In this document: in pieces, positions 26,663 to 35,993 of the stretch
How the letters are laid out: each line of letters begins with the position of its first letter
How positions within the stretch are numbered: position 1 is the first letter of the stretch
Assembly: GCA_964582645.1 (NCBI GenBank)
Contig: CAZOTB010000006.1
Location: 1,972-65,971 of the forward strand
DNA from: an uncultured Verrucomicrobiota bacterium
GTDB lineage: Bacteria > Verrucomicrobiota > Verrucomicrobiia > Palsa-1439 > CAZOTB01
DNA length: 64,000 bases
Direction: 5' to 3'
Program-made: the position numbers and the translations under genes
The notes under the pieces: model-generated
Databases searched by the model: none
What the model was told of the DNA's origin: nothing
What the model saw: only the letters and a program-made list of their open reading frames with translations

Positions 26663-27674
26663 GAGCTTTTGCGTAATCCGCTTCCGTGGGTTCGGGGACG
26701 TTCTGGAGCAACTGCTCGATGATGTTCACCGAAGAAATCCCTTTCGCTTCCGCAGCGAAACTCGGCAGGATGCGGTGACGCAATACCGGCTTGGCGACGG
26801 CGCGGATGTCTTCGCAGGAGACATTATAGTGGCCGTGCAGCGCGGCGTGAGCCTTCGCGCCGAGCACCAGGTACTGCACGGCGCGCGGGCCGGCGCCCCA
26901 ATCAATCAGTTGCTTCGCAAAATCAGCCGAGTCAGTTTCCTTGGGGCGTGTGGCGCGGACGAGGTTCACGGCGTAGCCGGCCACGTGCGGCGTGATCGGG
27001 ATCTCGCGGACGAGGCGCTGGAAGTTGATGATGTCCGCGCCGCTGAAAACTGCCTCGAGCGCGGGCTTCTCCATCCCGGTTGTTCGCAGAGCGATCTGCA
27101 GCTCTTCTTCCTTCGTGGGATACGTGATCGCCACTTTGAACATGAACCGGTCGAGTTGCGCCTCGGGCAACGGATATGTTCCTTCCTGCTCGATCGGGTT
27201 CTGCGTCGCGAGCACGAAGAATGGTTCGTCCAGTTTGTAGTCGCCGCCGCCGATGGTGATCTTGTGTTCCTGCATCGCTTCGAGCAAGGCAGCCTGCGTC
27301 TTGGGCGGGGTGCGGTTGATTTCGTCGGCGAGGATGATGTTGGCGAAAATCGGCCCGTGAATGAACCGCACGCTGCGTTTGCCGGTGGTCATGTCTTCCT
27401 CCATCACGTCCGTACCGAGAATGTCCGACGGCATCAGGTCGGGCGTGAACTGGATGCGCTTGAACTTGAGGTGCAGTAGCCGGGCGAGCGTCGAGATCAT
27501 CAACGTCTTCGCCAGCCCGGGCACGCCTTCGAGCAGGCAGTGTCCCCCGCAAAGCACGGTGGTGAGCAGTTCATCCACCACATGCGTCTGGCCGATGATG
27601 ACCTTGGACAATTCGGCCTGGATTTTGTCGCGGCCATCGCGAAGCAGTTCGATCGAGTCGGTTGTTTGTGTCAT
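26655..27674 (-). CDS. MoxR-family AAA+ ATPase
   Basis: Walker A GVPGLAKT, Walker B LADEINR and a MoxR-like C-terminus, 339 aa. Confidence 0.95.
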   Translation of the reverse strand: MTQTTDSIELLRDGRDKIQAELSKVIIGQTHVVDELLTTVLCGGHCLLEGVPGLAKTLMISTLARLLHLKFKRIQFTPDLMPSDILGTDVMEEDMTTGKRSVRFIHGPIFANIILADEINRTPPKTQAALLEAMQEHKITIGGGDYKLDEPFFVLATQNPIEQEGTYPLPEAQLDRFMFKVAITYPTKEEELQIALRTTGMEKPALEAVFSGADIINFQRLVREIPITPHVAGYAVNLVRATRPKETDSADFAKQLIDWGAGPRAVQYLVLGAKAHAALHGHYNVSCEDIRAVAKPVLRHRILPSFAAEAKGISSVNIIEQLLQNVPEPTEADYAKARG

Positions 27675-27890
27675 GATTTCAAGATTCTCCTATGGGACAA
27701 ACGCGGCGAGTTAAACATGGTGACGCAGAGAATGCCAAGCTTGAACTCCCTCGTCACCGAAACTTTTTTTCCTTCTATTTCGTGACACGATTTTCTGTTT
27801 GCCGTTTCGCAAAGGCCTTAGCCTGCGTCAAATCCAGAAGCGGGTCGTCAAGGCTATTTTCGTTTGTTTTCCTCAGCAAAAAGAAAGATT

Positions 27891-27917
27891 TTGACATGGG
27901 GGGGGGGCACCTATGGT
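27891..27917 (+). promoter_or_regulatory. Sigma70-like promoter candidate with a G10 homopolymer in the spacer (TTGACA - t G10 cacc - TATGGT)
   Basis: -35 hexamer at 27891-27896, -10 at 27912-27917, 15-nt spacer containing the G10 tract 27898-27907. It lies about 60 bp upstream of the lipoprotein start in an AT-rich intergenic region. Confidence 0.35.
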
Positions 27918-27976
27918 AGAGCCCACGACAGTTCGGAAAAGCGATTGTGAAACGACAAGGACAAGGCGCCGTCGGG

Positions 27977-29656
27977 ATGAGAGCGGTAATTTCAGTTCTG
28001 CTCGCGAGCGTGCTTCTCGTGGCGATCAGTGCATGCACCACGAGCAAGCAAGCCAAGCGTGAGAAGCAGCCCACGACTGAAACAGTGTTCGCGCTCCCGG
28101 AAGGTTTGCACGCGGAAGCGCAGTACCGGCCGGGAGTGGACTCCTCGAAATACCCACTGATCGAAGTCTATCTGCACAATCAAACGAGCCAGCCGGTGGA
28201 ATGGAAGCGTGCCTCTCTGAACGGGAACCAATTGCAGATGCTGACGAACGGGGTCGTGTGGTTCCAGTTCTATCCGACGGAGAAGGCCAATCCCGGTGAG
28301 ACGGTTCTCCTTCAAGTCAATCTGGTGGCGAATCCCCGGAACGAACAGACGGTTCGCTGTGAGACACAGGATGGGCGAATCATCGAAGTCAAACTGCCAC
28401 CCTTCTCAATACCTGCGGTGAAGATGGACGCGGTTACGTTCAGTTGGGACTTCCGTCAGATGTTCGTCGCGTATTCTCCGGGGAGCTACTTCGACTGCTC
28501 TCAGTTGGTGCCCTCGCGTGTTCTCGTGAATGGCGTGGATGCAACCGCAACTTCGGAACTCCTTTCCCCGCCCACTCTGAAAGAGCCTGCCTTTCTCCGA
28601 GTGAAGCTGCCGGAGCCGACCGAGCAAGGCCGCCCTATGTACGTGCGACTGGAGTTGAGGAATGGGATCGTGCGCCACTGTTTGGTTCGAGCTTGGAAGG
28701 GGTTTTTCCTCGACGCGTTCGCGGTGGACGAAAAGAATGCCAAGCTTCGCAAAGCTCTCGGGCTCGATCATCGCCCATTCGGCCGCCACTGCGGTGGCGA
28801 TCCAGCGTGCAATGATCTCGCGCTGGGCAGAAAGTACGGGGCATCCATGGATTCAGTCTTGGAAGAAAGAAAGGCTTCGTGGAAAGAAAAGGATAATCGC
28901 CTCAGCTACGTCTCCCTCTGTACAGCGGCCACGCCAAACGCAGCCTATTCCATCTATGGGCAGTGCATGGACGCGGCCCAAGCCAACCCTTATCGTCTGC
29001 ATTGGTCGCAAGAGGAAAAGTTTGTTGAAACGGAGGAGCGATACCTTCGCTGGTGCCGGCAGGCTGCTTCCCCTCGCCCATGGTTCTGGTTTCCAGAAAC
29101 CTTTGAAGTGCACGGTCGCATTCTGGAAGCCGAGGAGTTGCGCCTGCTGGCGTGCGCAGCGGTCGGCCAAGGGGTAAAAGGCATCAATTATTTCTGCCAT
29201 TCCTATGCTGGACCCCCTCCAGTCCATGGCTTCGATAAGAGTCCGAGGCTGCTTGCCGAAGTTAGAACTCTCAACCGTATGTTCAAAAAATACGAGCACA
29301 TCTTTTCGACCGCCATTCCAATTTCAGACGAAAGTTCTACCGATCAAGCGGATAAGATGGCTGTCAAGACACTCTGGTGCGGAGACCCATCTGGAGTCTT
29401 GGTCGTAATTCGCAACATGGACTATTCGACGGACCGCACTCCCAACGAGTACGGCTCCCATGCCCGATTCCATTGGAAGCCTAATAAAGAGCCGGCAAAA
29501 ATCAGTATTGGTAAGCCCATCTGGATGCCGCTGTGCAAGCATGGCTATGCAACTGATCTGCTAAGTGGAAGACAGGTTCATTACACCGTGAAGGATGCCG
29601 CGATATGGTTGGACATTCAACTGGACCTAGCGAGTCTCATTTTCATCCCGAGCTAA
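27977..29656 (+). CDS. Lipoprotein, function unknown (about 560 aa)
   Basis: MRAVISVLLASVLLVAISAC lipobox signal peptide with AAGGA upstream of ATG 27977. The track starts at an upstream GTG (27947). GC is lower than the flanks. Confidence 0.75.
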   Translation: MRAVISVLLASVLLVAISACTTSKQAKREKQPTTETVFALPEGLHAEAQYRPGVDSSKYPLIEVYLHNQTSQPVEWKRASLNGNQLQMLTNGVVWFQFYPTEKANPGETVLLQVNLVANPRNEQTVRCETQDGRIIEVKLPPFSIPAVKMDAVTFSWDFRQMFVAYSPGSYFDCSQLVPSRVLVNGVDATATSELLSPPTLKEPAFLRVKLPEPTEQGRPMYVRLELRNGIVRHCLVRAWKGFFLDAFAVDEKNAKLRKALGLDHRPFGRHCGGDPACNDLALGRKYGASMDSVLEERKASWKEKDNRLSYVSLCTAATPNAAYSIYGQCMDAAQANPYRLHWSQEEKFVETEERYLRWCRQAASPRPWFWFPETFEVHGRILEAEELRLLACAAVGQGVKGINYFCHSYAGPPPVHGFDKSPRLLAEVRTLNRMFKKYEHIFSTAIPISDESSTDQADKMAVKTLWCGDPSGVLVVIRNMDYSTDRTPNEYGSHARFHWKPNKEPAKISIGKPIWMPLCKHGYATDLLSGRQVHYTVKDAAIWLDIQLDLASLIFIPS

Positions 29657-29663
29657 AGGAGGA

Positions 29664-31478
29664 ATGCTGATGACAGCGATGACGAGAAACTTGAGCATTA
29701 AGTTGCGACACTATGGATTTTTGTTGAGTCTTGTGCTCGTCCAACATTGCTCTGCGCAGACTCCCGACGTGAGCCCGGACATCTCCATCTCTGTCGGCGG
29801 CGTTGCGCGAAGCCAACTTTGTGTGGGCGAACAAGCCACGTTCAGCGCCGAGAATCAGTGCACTGCTGATCCCGATGGCCCAATCAACTATTCTTGGAGT
29901 GGCGCAGTGTCGGGGACAAATCAAACCGTTTACGGATCTTTTACAACGACAGGGAACCGGACGGCTACAGTGAATGTCCATTACAATACAGCCGAGGGCG
30001 GCGTGTACGATGGTTCCACCAATTCACAGTTTACCGTTAAGACAGTATCTTCAATCACCTATGCGAAGAGCGCTGTTTGCCTCGGACAACAAGAACCTTT
30101 CCAGGTGGCGACCGATCCTGCAAATTGCTATGAAGGGATAACGATCACCGTTCCTGATGGCGAGCTCATATCCTACAGTACAAGTACGGGAATCGCCCAA
30201 GTAAAGTTGAACGTTCTTTCCACCGACAATAATGACAAGAAAACCGTCACGGCGAAGTGTGGGGATCCGTCCTGTTCAACCTGCACAGGCCAGGCAAGTA
30301 CTCAAGTTGTCGTGGCTAAAGTGGCCTCTATCACACGGTCGCCATCGGATGGTCCGACTACTGTTTGTAAGGATGAATTTCAGCAGTTTCAGGTGGAAAC
30401 CGAGCCAACCGGACATTACGATAAACCCATTGTTGTTTCCGCATTCGCGTCAGTTAATTATGATACGAATTCAGGGATTGCAACGGTGCACTTTACGAAT
30501 GCATCTCAGACCGCCGTTAATATTTGGGCGAGTTGCGGTCCTGACTCAAAAAACATCGAAACGACAGTGGTAGATGTCGGACCCATTTACGCGACATGCA
30601 CAAATAGAGTTGGAGCCGATGGTGGTCAGATAGGCTTTATGGTGACCCCAACGCCCTCAAATAGGCAGATCGAATGGCGCTACGAAGGAAGCTCTCAAGT
30701 GTGGACCGGTACTACTTTCACTGTTACAGCCCCCTCGGGAAATGGTTTCTTCACAGTGACAGCAAGCGACAAAGACTTGCCGACGTGCTCCGAGACTTTC
30801 GAGGTCGAGGTCGTGGGACATTGTGGTGCGAACTATCCGTGGGAAAATTTCGCCTACGATTCGACCGAAGAAGGAAGGCCGGCCAATTGCGGCGGAGACC
30901 TAGCTTTGTTTGAGCCGCCTCCATTTGCGGTTGCGATCACGGGCAATTACACTGCCTGCCATGGAGTGATCAGTAACACCACTGCATGGTTTCCCCGCAT
31001 AGTCGCACTCGGTTTCACCTATTACAAGGATGTGTGTTGCGGCAGTAGGACCGCTATTACAAACGCGACCATGGTCACGAGCAACGACTTCTGCAATGGC
31101 ATCTTGGCTGAACTTGAACCCCCTGGAGCGTATACAAATTACTGCGCGCCGACGTGCCTCGAAGACTACGTCAGCGTGGGCAACGATGCCTACTGGGCAA
31201 TCTGTACCAACCAGTGGGCGGTGGGAGAAGCTATAGTGGAATCCAAGACGAAGTCATTCGTCTGCATCCAGCGCGACGCCGTCGATGAGGCAGAACGTGA
31301 CCTGGAGGACGATGTCAACAGCGCATTACAGAGTGTCTACAACAACATTATCGCTCAATGGAATAGTCAGTTTGCTACGATTGAGGAAGCCGCCTACGAC
31401 GCTGAAGAGGCCTGCTTGCAGGCACTATCAAGCGAGATCGAACAAAAGGCCTATATTAATGGTTGGACGTGCCCTTGA
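29664..31478 (+). CDS. Secreted Cys-rich protein with internal Ig-like repeats and a distinct C-terminal Cys-rich domain ending ...WTCP
   Basis: Signal peptide present. About 85-aa internal repeats. GC about 47-50%. The C-terminal about 100 aa are homologous to the fragment at 34141..34671. Confidence 0.75.
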   Translation: MLMTAMTRNLSIKLRHYGFLLSLVLVQHCSAQTPDVSPDISISVGGVARSQLCVGEQATFSAENQCTADPDGPINYSWSGAVSGTNQTVYGSFTTTGNRTATVNVHYNTAEGGVYDGSTNSQFTVKTVSSITYAKSAVCLGQQEPFQVATDPANCYEGITITVPDGELISYSTSTGIAQVKLNVLSTDNNDKKTVTAKCGDPSCSTCTGQASTQVVVAKVASITRSPSDGPTTVCKDEFQQFQVETEPTGHYDKPIVVSAFASVNYDTNSGIATVHFTNASQTAVNIWASCGPDSKNIETTVVDVGPIYATCTNRVGADGGQIGFMVTPTPSNRQIEWRYEGSSQVWTGTTFTVTAPSGNGFFTVTASDKDLPTCSETFEVEVVGHCGANYPWENFAYDSTEEGRPANCGGDLALFEPPPFAVAITGNYTACHGVISNTTAWFPRIVALGFTYYKDVCCGSRTAITNATMVTSNDFCNGILAELEPPGAYTNYCAPTCLEDYVSVGNDAYWAICTNQWAVGEAIVESKTKSFVCIQRDAVDEAERDLEDDVNSALQSVYNNIIAQWNSQFATIEEAAYDAEEACLQALSSEIEQKAYINGWTCP

Positions 31479-31500
31479 TAACCGTGAAGAGGAGAAGAAT

Positions 31501-32313
31501 ATGAGCACAAACAGTATGCTAGACAGCGCCAACGGTCAGAGGCTAGTTGCGAGTTTAGTTGCGTGTTTCAGCCTTCTGGGATTGGGAGCCGGGGATTTAT
31601 CCGCCCAATCCCACGGGGGAATGAACAAGTCAACTCCTGAGAAGCAGTTGCTTTCAATGGGATTCGGAACATCCGCAGAAGACCTGCGTAACGCCCTGGG
31701 CAATTCCAACTTGCTGGCCAGGGTCTTCGCTACCCAATTTATCAAAGAGCAAAATGATAAAGCCTTCACCTCTGACATAAAGAAGCTCTTGGACGACAAG
31801 GAGTCGTGCGTTCGTGTTGAAGCCGCAATGGTATTGGCTCCATGGGGAGAAGCAAAGGCTTCGGAGGTCCTTCGTTCGGAGTTGCAGACTTCCGAAGATG
31901 TGAATGTAAGATTGCGTGCAGCGGGGGCACTGGCTGATGTTGGTGATAGCAGAGGGTTCGGCTTGGTCAAAGCCACCTTGCTTGATGAACGCTCTCCCGT
32001 GCAAACGTACGCCGCAACCATGATACAGAAGTTCGCCCGCTTCCGCGGCCAAGGCATAGACAGCCTCGCCGTTCAACTGCAAGCAATGGACATCGCTGTT
32101 AAGAAGGCCGAGAAGAAAGAAAGTGAGGGTGCGGTCAGACAAGCAGCATGGCTGTTCAGAGTCTTGGCGCATGACTTGGAGCAATCCGAGGACAGCCGGG
32201 CGGTGGCCAAGTTGCATGAGGCTTCCAAGTCGAAGGATCCCAAGATTCGTTTTGCCGCTGAACAAAGCCTGAAAAGAAGCGAGCAGAAGCAGGCTAGCGG
32301 GAAACAGCATTGA
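31501..32313 (+). CDS. Secreted HEAT/PBS-lyase-like repeat protein
   Basis: RBS GGAGAAG followed by ATG 31501. Signal peptide LVASLVACFSLLGLGAGDLSAQS. HEAT-like repeats. Paralog of 34727..35530. Confidence 0.75.
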   Translation: MSTNSMLDSANGQRLVASLVACFSLLGLGAGDLSAQSHGGMNKSTPEKQLLSMGFGTSAEDLRNALGNSNLLARVFATQFIKEQNDKAFTSDIKKLLDDKESCVRVEAAMVLAPWGEAKASEVLRSELQTSEDVNVRLRAAGALADVGDSRGFGLVKATLLDERSPVQTYAATMIQKFARFRGQGIDSLAVQLQAMDIAVKKAEKKESEGAVRQAAWLFRVLAHDLEQSEDSRAVAKLHEASKSKDPKIRFAAEQSLKRSEQKQASGKQH

Positions 32314-32363
32314 GATGGCTTAAAGCCTCAAAGCATTGAACCCAATGCGAGACGCGTCTCGGC

Positions 32364-32870
32364 TTGAACCGCTCGGGGCGCGGTTATACCATCGCGGGCC
32401 GGATGAGATGCTTGCGGATGAAGCAGTTTATAGCGTCGGCATGGACGAGGTCGAAATGCCTGACCAGCAAACTTAGCGAAATCCTCAAACACAACAATGC
32501 CTCTGGGTGGGCAACTTTTCTCGTGTCACTCGTGATGGTATACGCCCTCCTCCAGACCAACAGGGCCATCAAGCAGACCGCTGAGTCTATCGAACTCCAG
32601 AGGTCTGCTAACTCTAACGCTGCCGTACAACTGCGAATCGAGCAGGATACGAGGTTATACCCGGAACTAGAATGCCGGTGGGACACCATCAGCGGCCTCG
32701 TCCTCCGCAACGTGGGTACCGCGCCTGCGACGAACATCAATCTTCGCACTGCCGTTGTCTGCGTCACGTCCAATGTTTCATACGACTTCCGAGCGCGGCG
32801 GGGTCACATCTTCAATTTTCACAAAGGAATTTTCCGTCCCGCCAATCCTCAGTCGGTTTGTGACAATTGA
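32364..32870 (+). CDS. hypothetical protein with one TM helix
   Basis: ORF with a hydrophobic segment WATFLVSLVMVYALLQT. Low-GC island context. Confidence 0.4.
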   Translation: MNRSGRGYTIAGRMRCLRMKQFIASAWTRSKCLTSKLSEILKHNNASGWATFLVSLVMVYALLQTNRAIKQTAESIELQRSANSNAAVQLRIEQDTRLYPELECRWDTISGLVLRNVGTAPATNINLRTAVVCVTSNVSYDFRARRGHIFNFHKGIFRPANPQSVCDN

Positions 32871-32989
32871 AGATCAGACCCCGGCTGGCCCTGCCGAGCC
32901 GTGTGGCCTTTCGAAGATGCATTCGAAGATGCACTGGGAGAGGATCACGAAGGTTTCACAGCTTGCTACGTTTCAAGCGCTGATTCGTG

Positions 32990-34134
32990 GTATTCTCCGC
33001 GCGGTCATAGATTGAGCTTCTGAGAGGCTGGCGTGGACAGCGCAAATCCAGTACAATCAGATCGAGTTGGTCGCTTGACGATCATGCTTCAACTGGAATT
33101 CCGTTTCGAGGACATCGAGTTCTTCGAACGCCAGCGGTTCGAGCATCCTCACCCCTGGCTGCAACGCAAGTTTGAAGCCCTCTTCCTCAAAAGCCACCAC
33201 CTGCCGCATCAGACCATCTGCGAACTGTGCGGGATTTGTGGCAACACCTTGCGCCGCTACCTCATCGAGTACCAGCAGGGGGGCCTCGCCCACGTGCAGG
33301 AACTACCCTTTCACCGTCCCTCCAGCGTCTTGGAATCGCATCGCGGCTTCCTGCGAGAGGAGTTCACGCTGCGACCGGTGGCTACCGTCCGAGAGGCGGC
33401 GGCGCGCATCGCTGAACTCACCGGCGTGCGCCTGTGCCTGACCCAGACCCGGGATTGGTTGCATCGGCTCGGTCTGAAGTGGCGCAAGGTGGCACCGATC
33501 CCGGCCAAGGCCGATCCGGCCGCCCAAGCCGAGCTCAAGGCTCAGAAGCTCGAACCGCGTCTGCAGGAGGCGCGGGCGGGCCAACGGGCGGTCTATTTCG
33601 TGGATGCGGCTCACTTTGTCTATGGGGCATTTCTGGGGTGTTTATGGTCGCTGACGCGGGTGTTTGTGCGCACGCCGTCCGGTCGGCAGCGCTTCAACGT
33701 GCTGGGGGCGCTCGATGCGCTGACGCACGAACTGATCACGGTGACCAACGAGACGTATATCAACGCGCTGAGTGTGTGTCAGTTGCTGCGACAACTGGCG
33801 GCGCAAGCCGGGGGCAAGGCGGTGACCGTGGTGCTGGACAACGCGCGCTACCAGCACTGTGCGCTGGTGGAGACGGAGGCGGCGGCGTTGGGGATCGAGT
33901 TGCTGTTTTTGCCGCCGTATTCGCCGAACCTGAACTTGATCGAGCGGTTGTGGAAGTTTGTGAAGAAGCGCTGTTTGAACTCGAGGTATCATGCAGATTT
34001 TGGGGTGTTTCGGGGTGCGATCCAGGAATGTTTGGCGAAGATTGGAACCCGCCACAAAGCGGAGCTCGATACGCTACTGACCCTCAATTTCCAGACGTTT
34101 GAAAAAGCTCAATCTATGACCGCGTGAAGAATAC
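32990..34134 (+). mobile_element. IS630-family insertion sequence (about 1.15 kb) with 29-bp imperfect terminal inverted repeats
   Basis: TIRs gtattctccgcgcggtcatagattgagc (32990..33017) and gctcaatctatgaccgcgtgaagaatac (34107..34134) share 26/29 identity. A single transposase ORF lies inside, and the element's GC is higher than the surrounding island. Confidence 0.8.
33033..34127 (+). CDS. IS630/Tc1-mariner family transposase (DDE_3)
   Basis: Hallmark LLFLPPYSPNLNLIERLW motif. An N-terminal HTH region is present. The start may be the internal Met at 33084. Confidence 0.85.
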   Translation: MDSANPVQSDRVGRLTIMLQLEFRFEDIEFFERQRFEHPHPWLQRKFEALFLKSHHLPHQTICELCGICGNTLRRYLIEYQQGGLAHVQELPFHRPSSVLESHRGFLREEFTLRPVATVREAAARIAELTGVRLCLTQTRDWLHRLGLKWRKVAPIPAKADPAAQAELKAQKLEPRLQEARAGQRAVYFVDAAHFVYGAFLGCLWSLTRVFVRTPSGRQRFNVLGALDALTHELITVTNETYINALSVCQLLRQLAAQAGGKAVTVVLDNARYQHCALVETEAAALGIELLFLPPYSPNLNLIERLWKFVKKRCLNSRYHADFGVFRGAIQECLAKIGTRHKAELDTLLTLNFQTFEKAQSMTA

Positions 34135-34140
34135 ATCCGA

Positions 34141-34671
34141 GTGACAGGCATAAAAATCAAAGTTTTTATCAATGTTTGTCGGCCACCGCCGACGGCTGGT
34201 GTACCTTTCATAGAGGGAGCCGGCGATCCACAGATTAACTCAGGTAACGTTTGCTCTGTTCTTTGCAGCTTTACCCCTAATCAGACTGGTTGCGCACCGT
34301 ATTCGAACTTTGCTTCTGAGGACTGTCTCAAAGCTCATGAAGAACAACATTTTCAGGATTTTGACGATGAATTTGACTTTATCTGGGCGTATTATGAAGA
34401 TGAGATCGAAGACCTCCACGTCCCTTTTGCCTGTACAGACATGGATGACCCTGCGGAGGCTGTTGAAGCCATCTTTTGGTCCGAAGACGGCAACGGCATA
34501 GGGGATCAACTATCCGAAGCGTACCTCGCTGCTGCTGACATTTTCAATGATGCCACTTGGCGGGCTCAATCTGAAGTCAACGCAATCGCAGCAGAAAACA
34601 CTTGTTTATCAGGACAGCGGGCGCAAATCCAGCAGCGATTTGGCCAACCCAGTTGTCCGAGCTGCCCGTGA
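34141..34671 (+). CDS. Orphan C-terminal module homologous to the C-terminus of 29664..31478 (GTG-initiated at the IS630 right end, no signal peptide)
   Basis: Shared pattern CAP..., F[VA]C..D, A.W..Q....AA..E..CL......Q......CP, ending SCPSCP versus WTCP. The reading frame is closed by a stop 24 nt upstream inside the IS TIR. Confidence 0.45.
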   Translation: MTGIKIKVFINVCRPPPTAGVPFIEGAGDPQINSGNVCSVLCSFTPNQTGCAPYSNFASEDCLKAHEEQHFQDFDDEFDFIWAYYEDEIEDLHVPFACTDMDDPAEAVEAIFWSEDGNGIGDQLSEAYLAAADIFNDATWRAQSEVNAIAAENTCLSGQRAQIQQRFGQPSCPSCP

Positions 34672-34726
34672 AATAATGCTACAATACAATCTGCAAAGAA
34701 TGAGCGGAACAGAAGGGAGAATACAA

Positions 34727-35530
34727 ATGGAACTTAGTAGAGGACGAACAGTAACTATTTCTATTTCGTTGGTTACTTTGTGTCTCGCAATTAACGCAGT
34801 GAGTTTGCATGCCCAAACACCGGCAGGCAGGGGTGACGACATGCCCGTACCAACCTCAGAGGAGCAACTCAAGGCGAAGGGATTCGACACGACGGAGGAA
34901 GGACTTCGAAGTGCCCTGAGCACTTCGAATACGTTGACCCGCGTTTACGCGGTTCGAGTTATCAAAGAGAAGAACATCAAATCACTCATACCGGATCTGG
35001 AACTGCTGCTCGACGACAGTAAATCGAGGACTAGGGCCGAGGCCGCTATGGCGCTCGCCAAGTTGGGGAGCCCTAGAGGGCTCCCGTCCCTAAAAATGGA
35101 AATGAAAACATCCAAGGAACAGGGCGTCAAGCTTGATGTTGCAGGAGCACTCGCTGAGTTAGGCGACAGCAGTGGCTATTCTGTTGTCAAAGCCTGCCTG
35201 TTGGATAGTAAGAACCTTGGGTTGCAGCACATGGCCTCGCACCAAGTACACAAATTCTCTGGTCTCAAGGGGGGAGCAGACGCACAATCGCTTTACCTGC
35301 TAGGCATGGATGCAGCGGGTCGCCAGGCGAAAAGCGAGAACGAGAAAGAGGCCAAATCAGCCCGTGTGTTGTTTAGACTGATGGTGAGCGGGCTTGGGAT
35401 GGTTGGTGATGAAGGGGCAATGCCAAAACTACAAGAAATGACCCAATCGGATGATCCTGAACTGCGTGAGGCAGCCGAAAGAGCTTTGAAAACCATCGAG
35501 AAGCGAGTCGAAAGTAAAACGAAGAAATGA
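34727..35530 (+). CDS. Secreted HEAT/PBS-lyase-like repeat protein, paralog of 31501..32313
   Basis: RBS AAGGGAGAA followed by ATG 34727. Signal peptide TVTISISLVTLCLAINAVSLHAQ. About 35% identity to the first HEAT gene, visible by eye. Confidence 0.75.
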   Translation: MELSRGRTVTISISLVTLCLAINAVSLHAQTPAGRGDDMPVPTSEEQLKAKGFDTTEEGLRSALSTSNTLTRVYAVRVIKEKNIKSLIPDLELLLDDSKSRTRAEAAMALAKLGSPRGLPSLKMEMKTSKEQGVKLDVAGALAELGDSSGYSVVKACLLDSKNLGLQHMASHQVHKFSGLKGGADAQSLYLLGMDAAGRQAKSENEKEAKSARVLFRLMVSGLGMVGDEGAMPKLQEMTQSDDPELREAAERALKTIEKRVESKTKK

Positions 35531-35612
35531 GTTTAGGATGGGTTGTAATTATTGAAAATCTGATCGACTGTCATGGACTCATCCCAATCCATTCCACACA
35601 TTCGATTGTTTC

Positions 35613-35993
35613 TCACAGTTGATCCTTCTTTTCTGAAACTTGAGCAGACTCTTTCACGGAAGCTTGTTCATCGGCGATACTTGGGCGTTTGTTTATCTTA
35701 GTCTGGCATTCTTCCGTCACGGTCTGGCGTGTTTCTGTCGCAGTCTGGCGTTCTTCCGTGAGAAATTGGCGTTTGTCTTTCATACTTTGGTCAGCTTTCG
35801 ACACACTCTGGCCGTTGTTCTTAACCCAGATGTCTTTGTCTTTACCGCTTTTGTGCGCGGGTGCGACGGATTGACCGTGGCGAGGCCGGCGTAGCCGCGG
35901 TTCTGGGCAGCGCGCGAGTTTACAGATTTGTCTTCCTGGAAGGGGAAATTCCCCTTCACCTTTATCCTCTCCCGCGCTGGGGAGAGGAAACAA
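35613..35993 (-). CDS. Possible small heptad-repeat protein (RQTATETRQTVTEECQTK...) spanning the 21-bp array; coding status uncertain
   Basis: Longest ORF across the array. The alternative plus-strand ORF 35640..35894 is also open. Confidence 0.25.
   Translation of the reverse strand: MFPLPSAGEDKGEGEFPLPGRQICKLARCPEPRLRRPRHGQSVAPAHKSGKDKDIWVKNNGQSVSKADQSMKDKRQFLTEERQTATETRQTVTEECQTKINKRPSIADEQASVKESAQVSEKKDQL
35680..35826. repeat. 21-bp degenerate tandem repeat array (about 7 units, consensus GTCTGGCGTTCTTCCGTCACG)
   Basis: Units at 35680, 35701, 35722, 35743, 35764, 35785 and 35806. It would encode 7-aa periodic peptides on either strand. Confidence 0.8.

Noticed and set aside
33033-33083. 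First 17 codons of the transposase ORF (MDSANPVQSDRVGRLTI)
   Set aside because: They are probably not translated. The IS630 transposase more likely starts at MLQLEFRFEDIEFF (33084), but this cannot be decided from sequence alone, so the longer ORF was kept in the feature with a note.
35680-35826. CRISPR array interpretation of the tandem repeats (also 59441..59513)
   Set aside because: Units are 16-21 bp, directly abutting and degenerate, with no unique spacers and no cas genes nearby.
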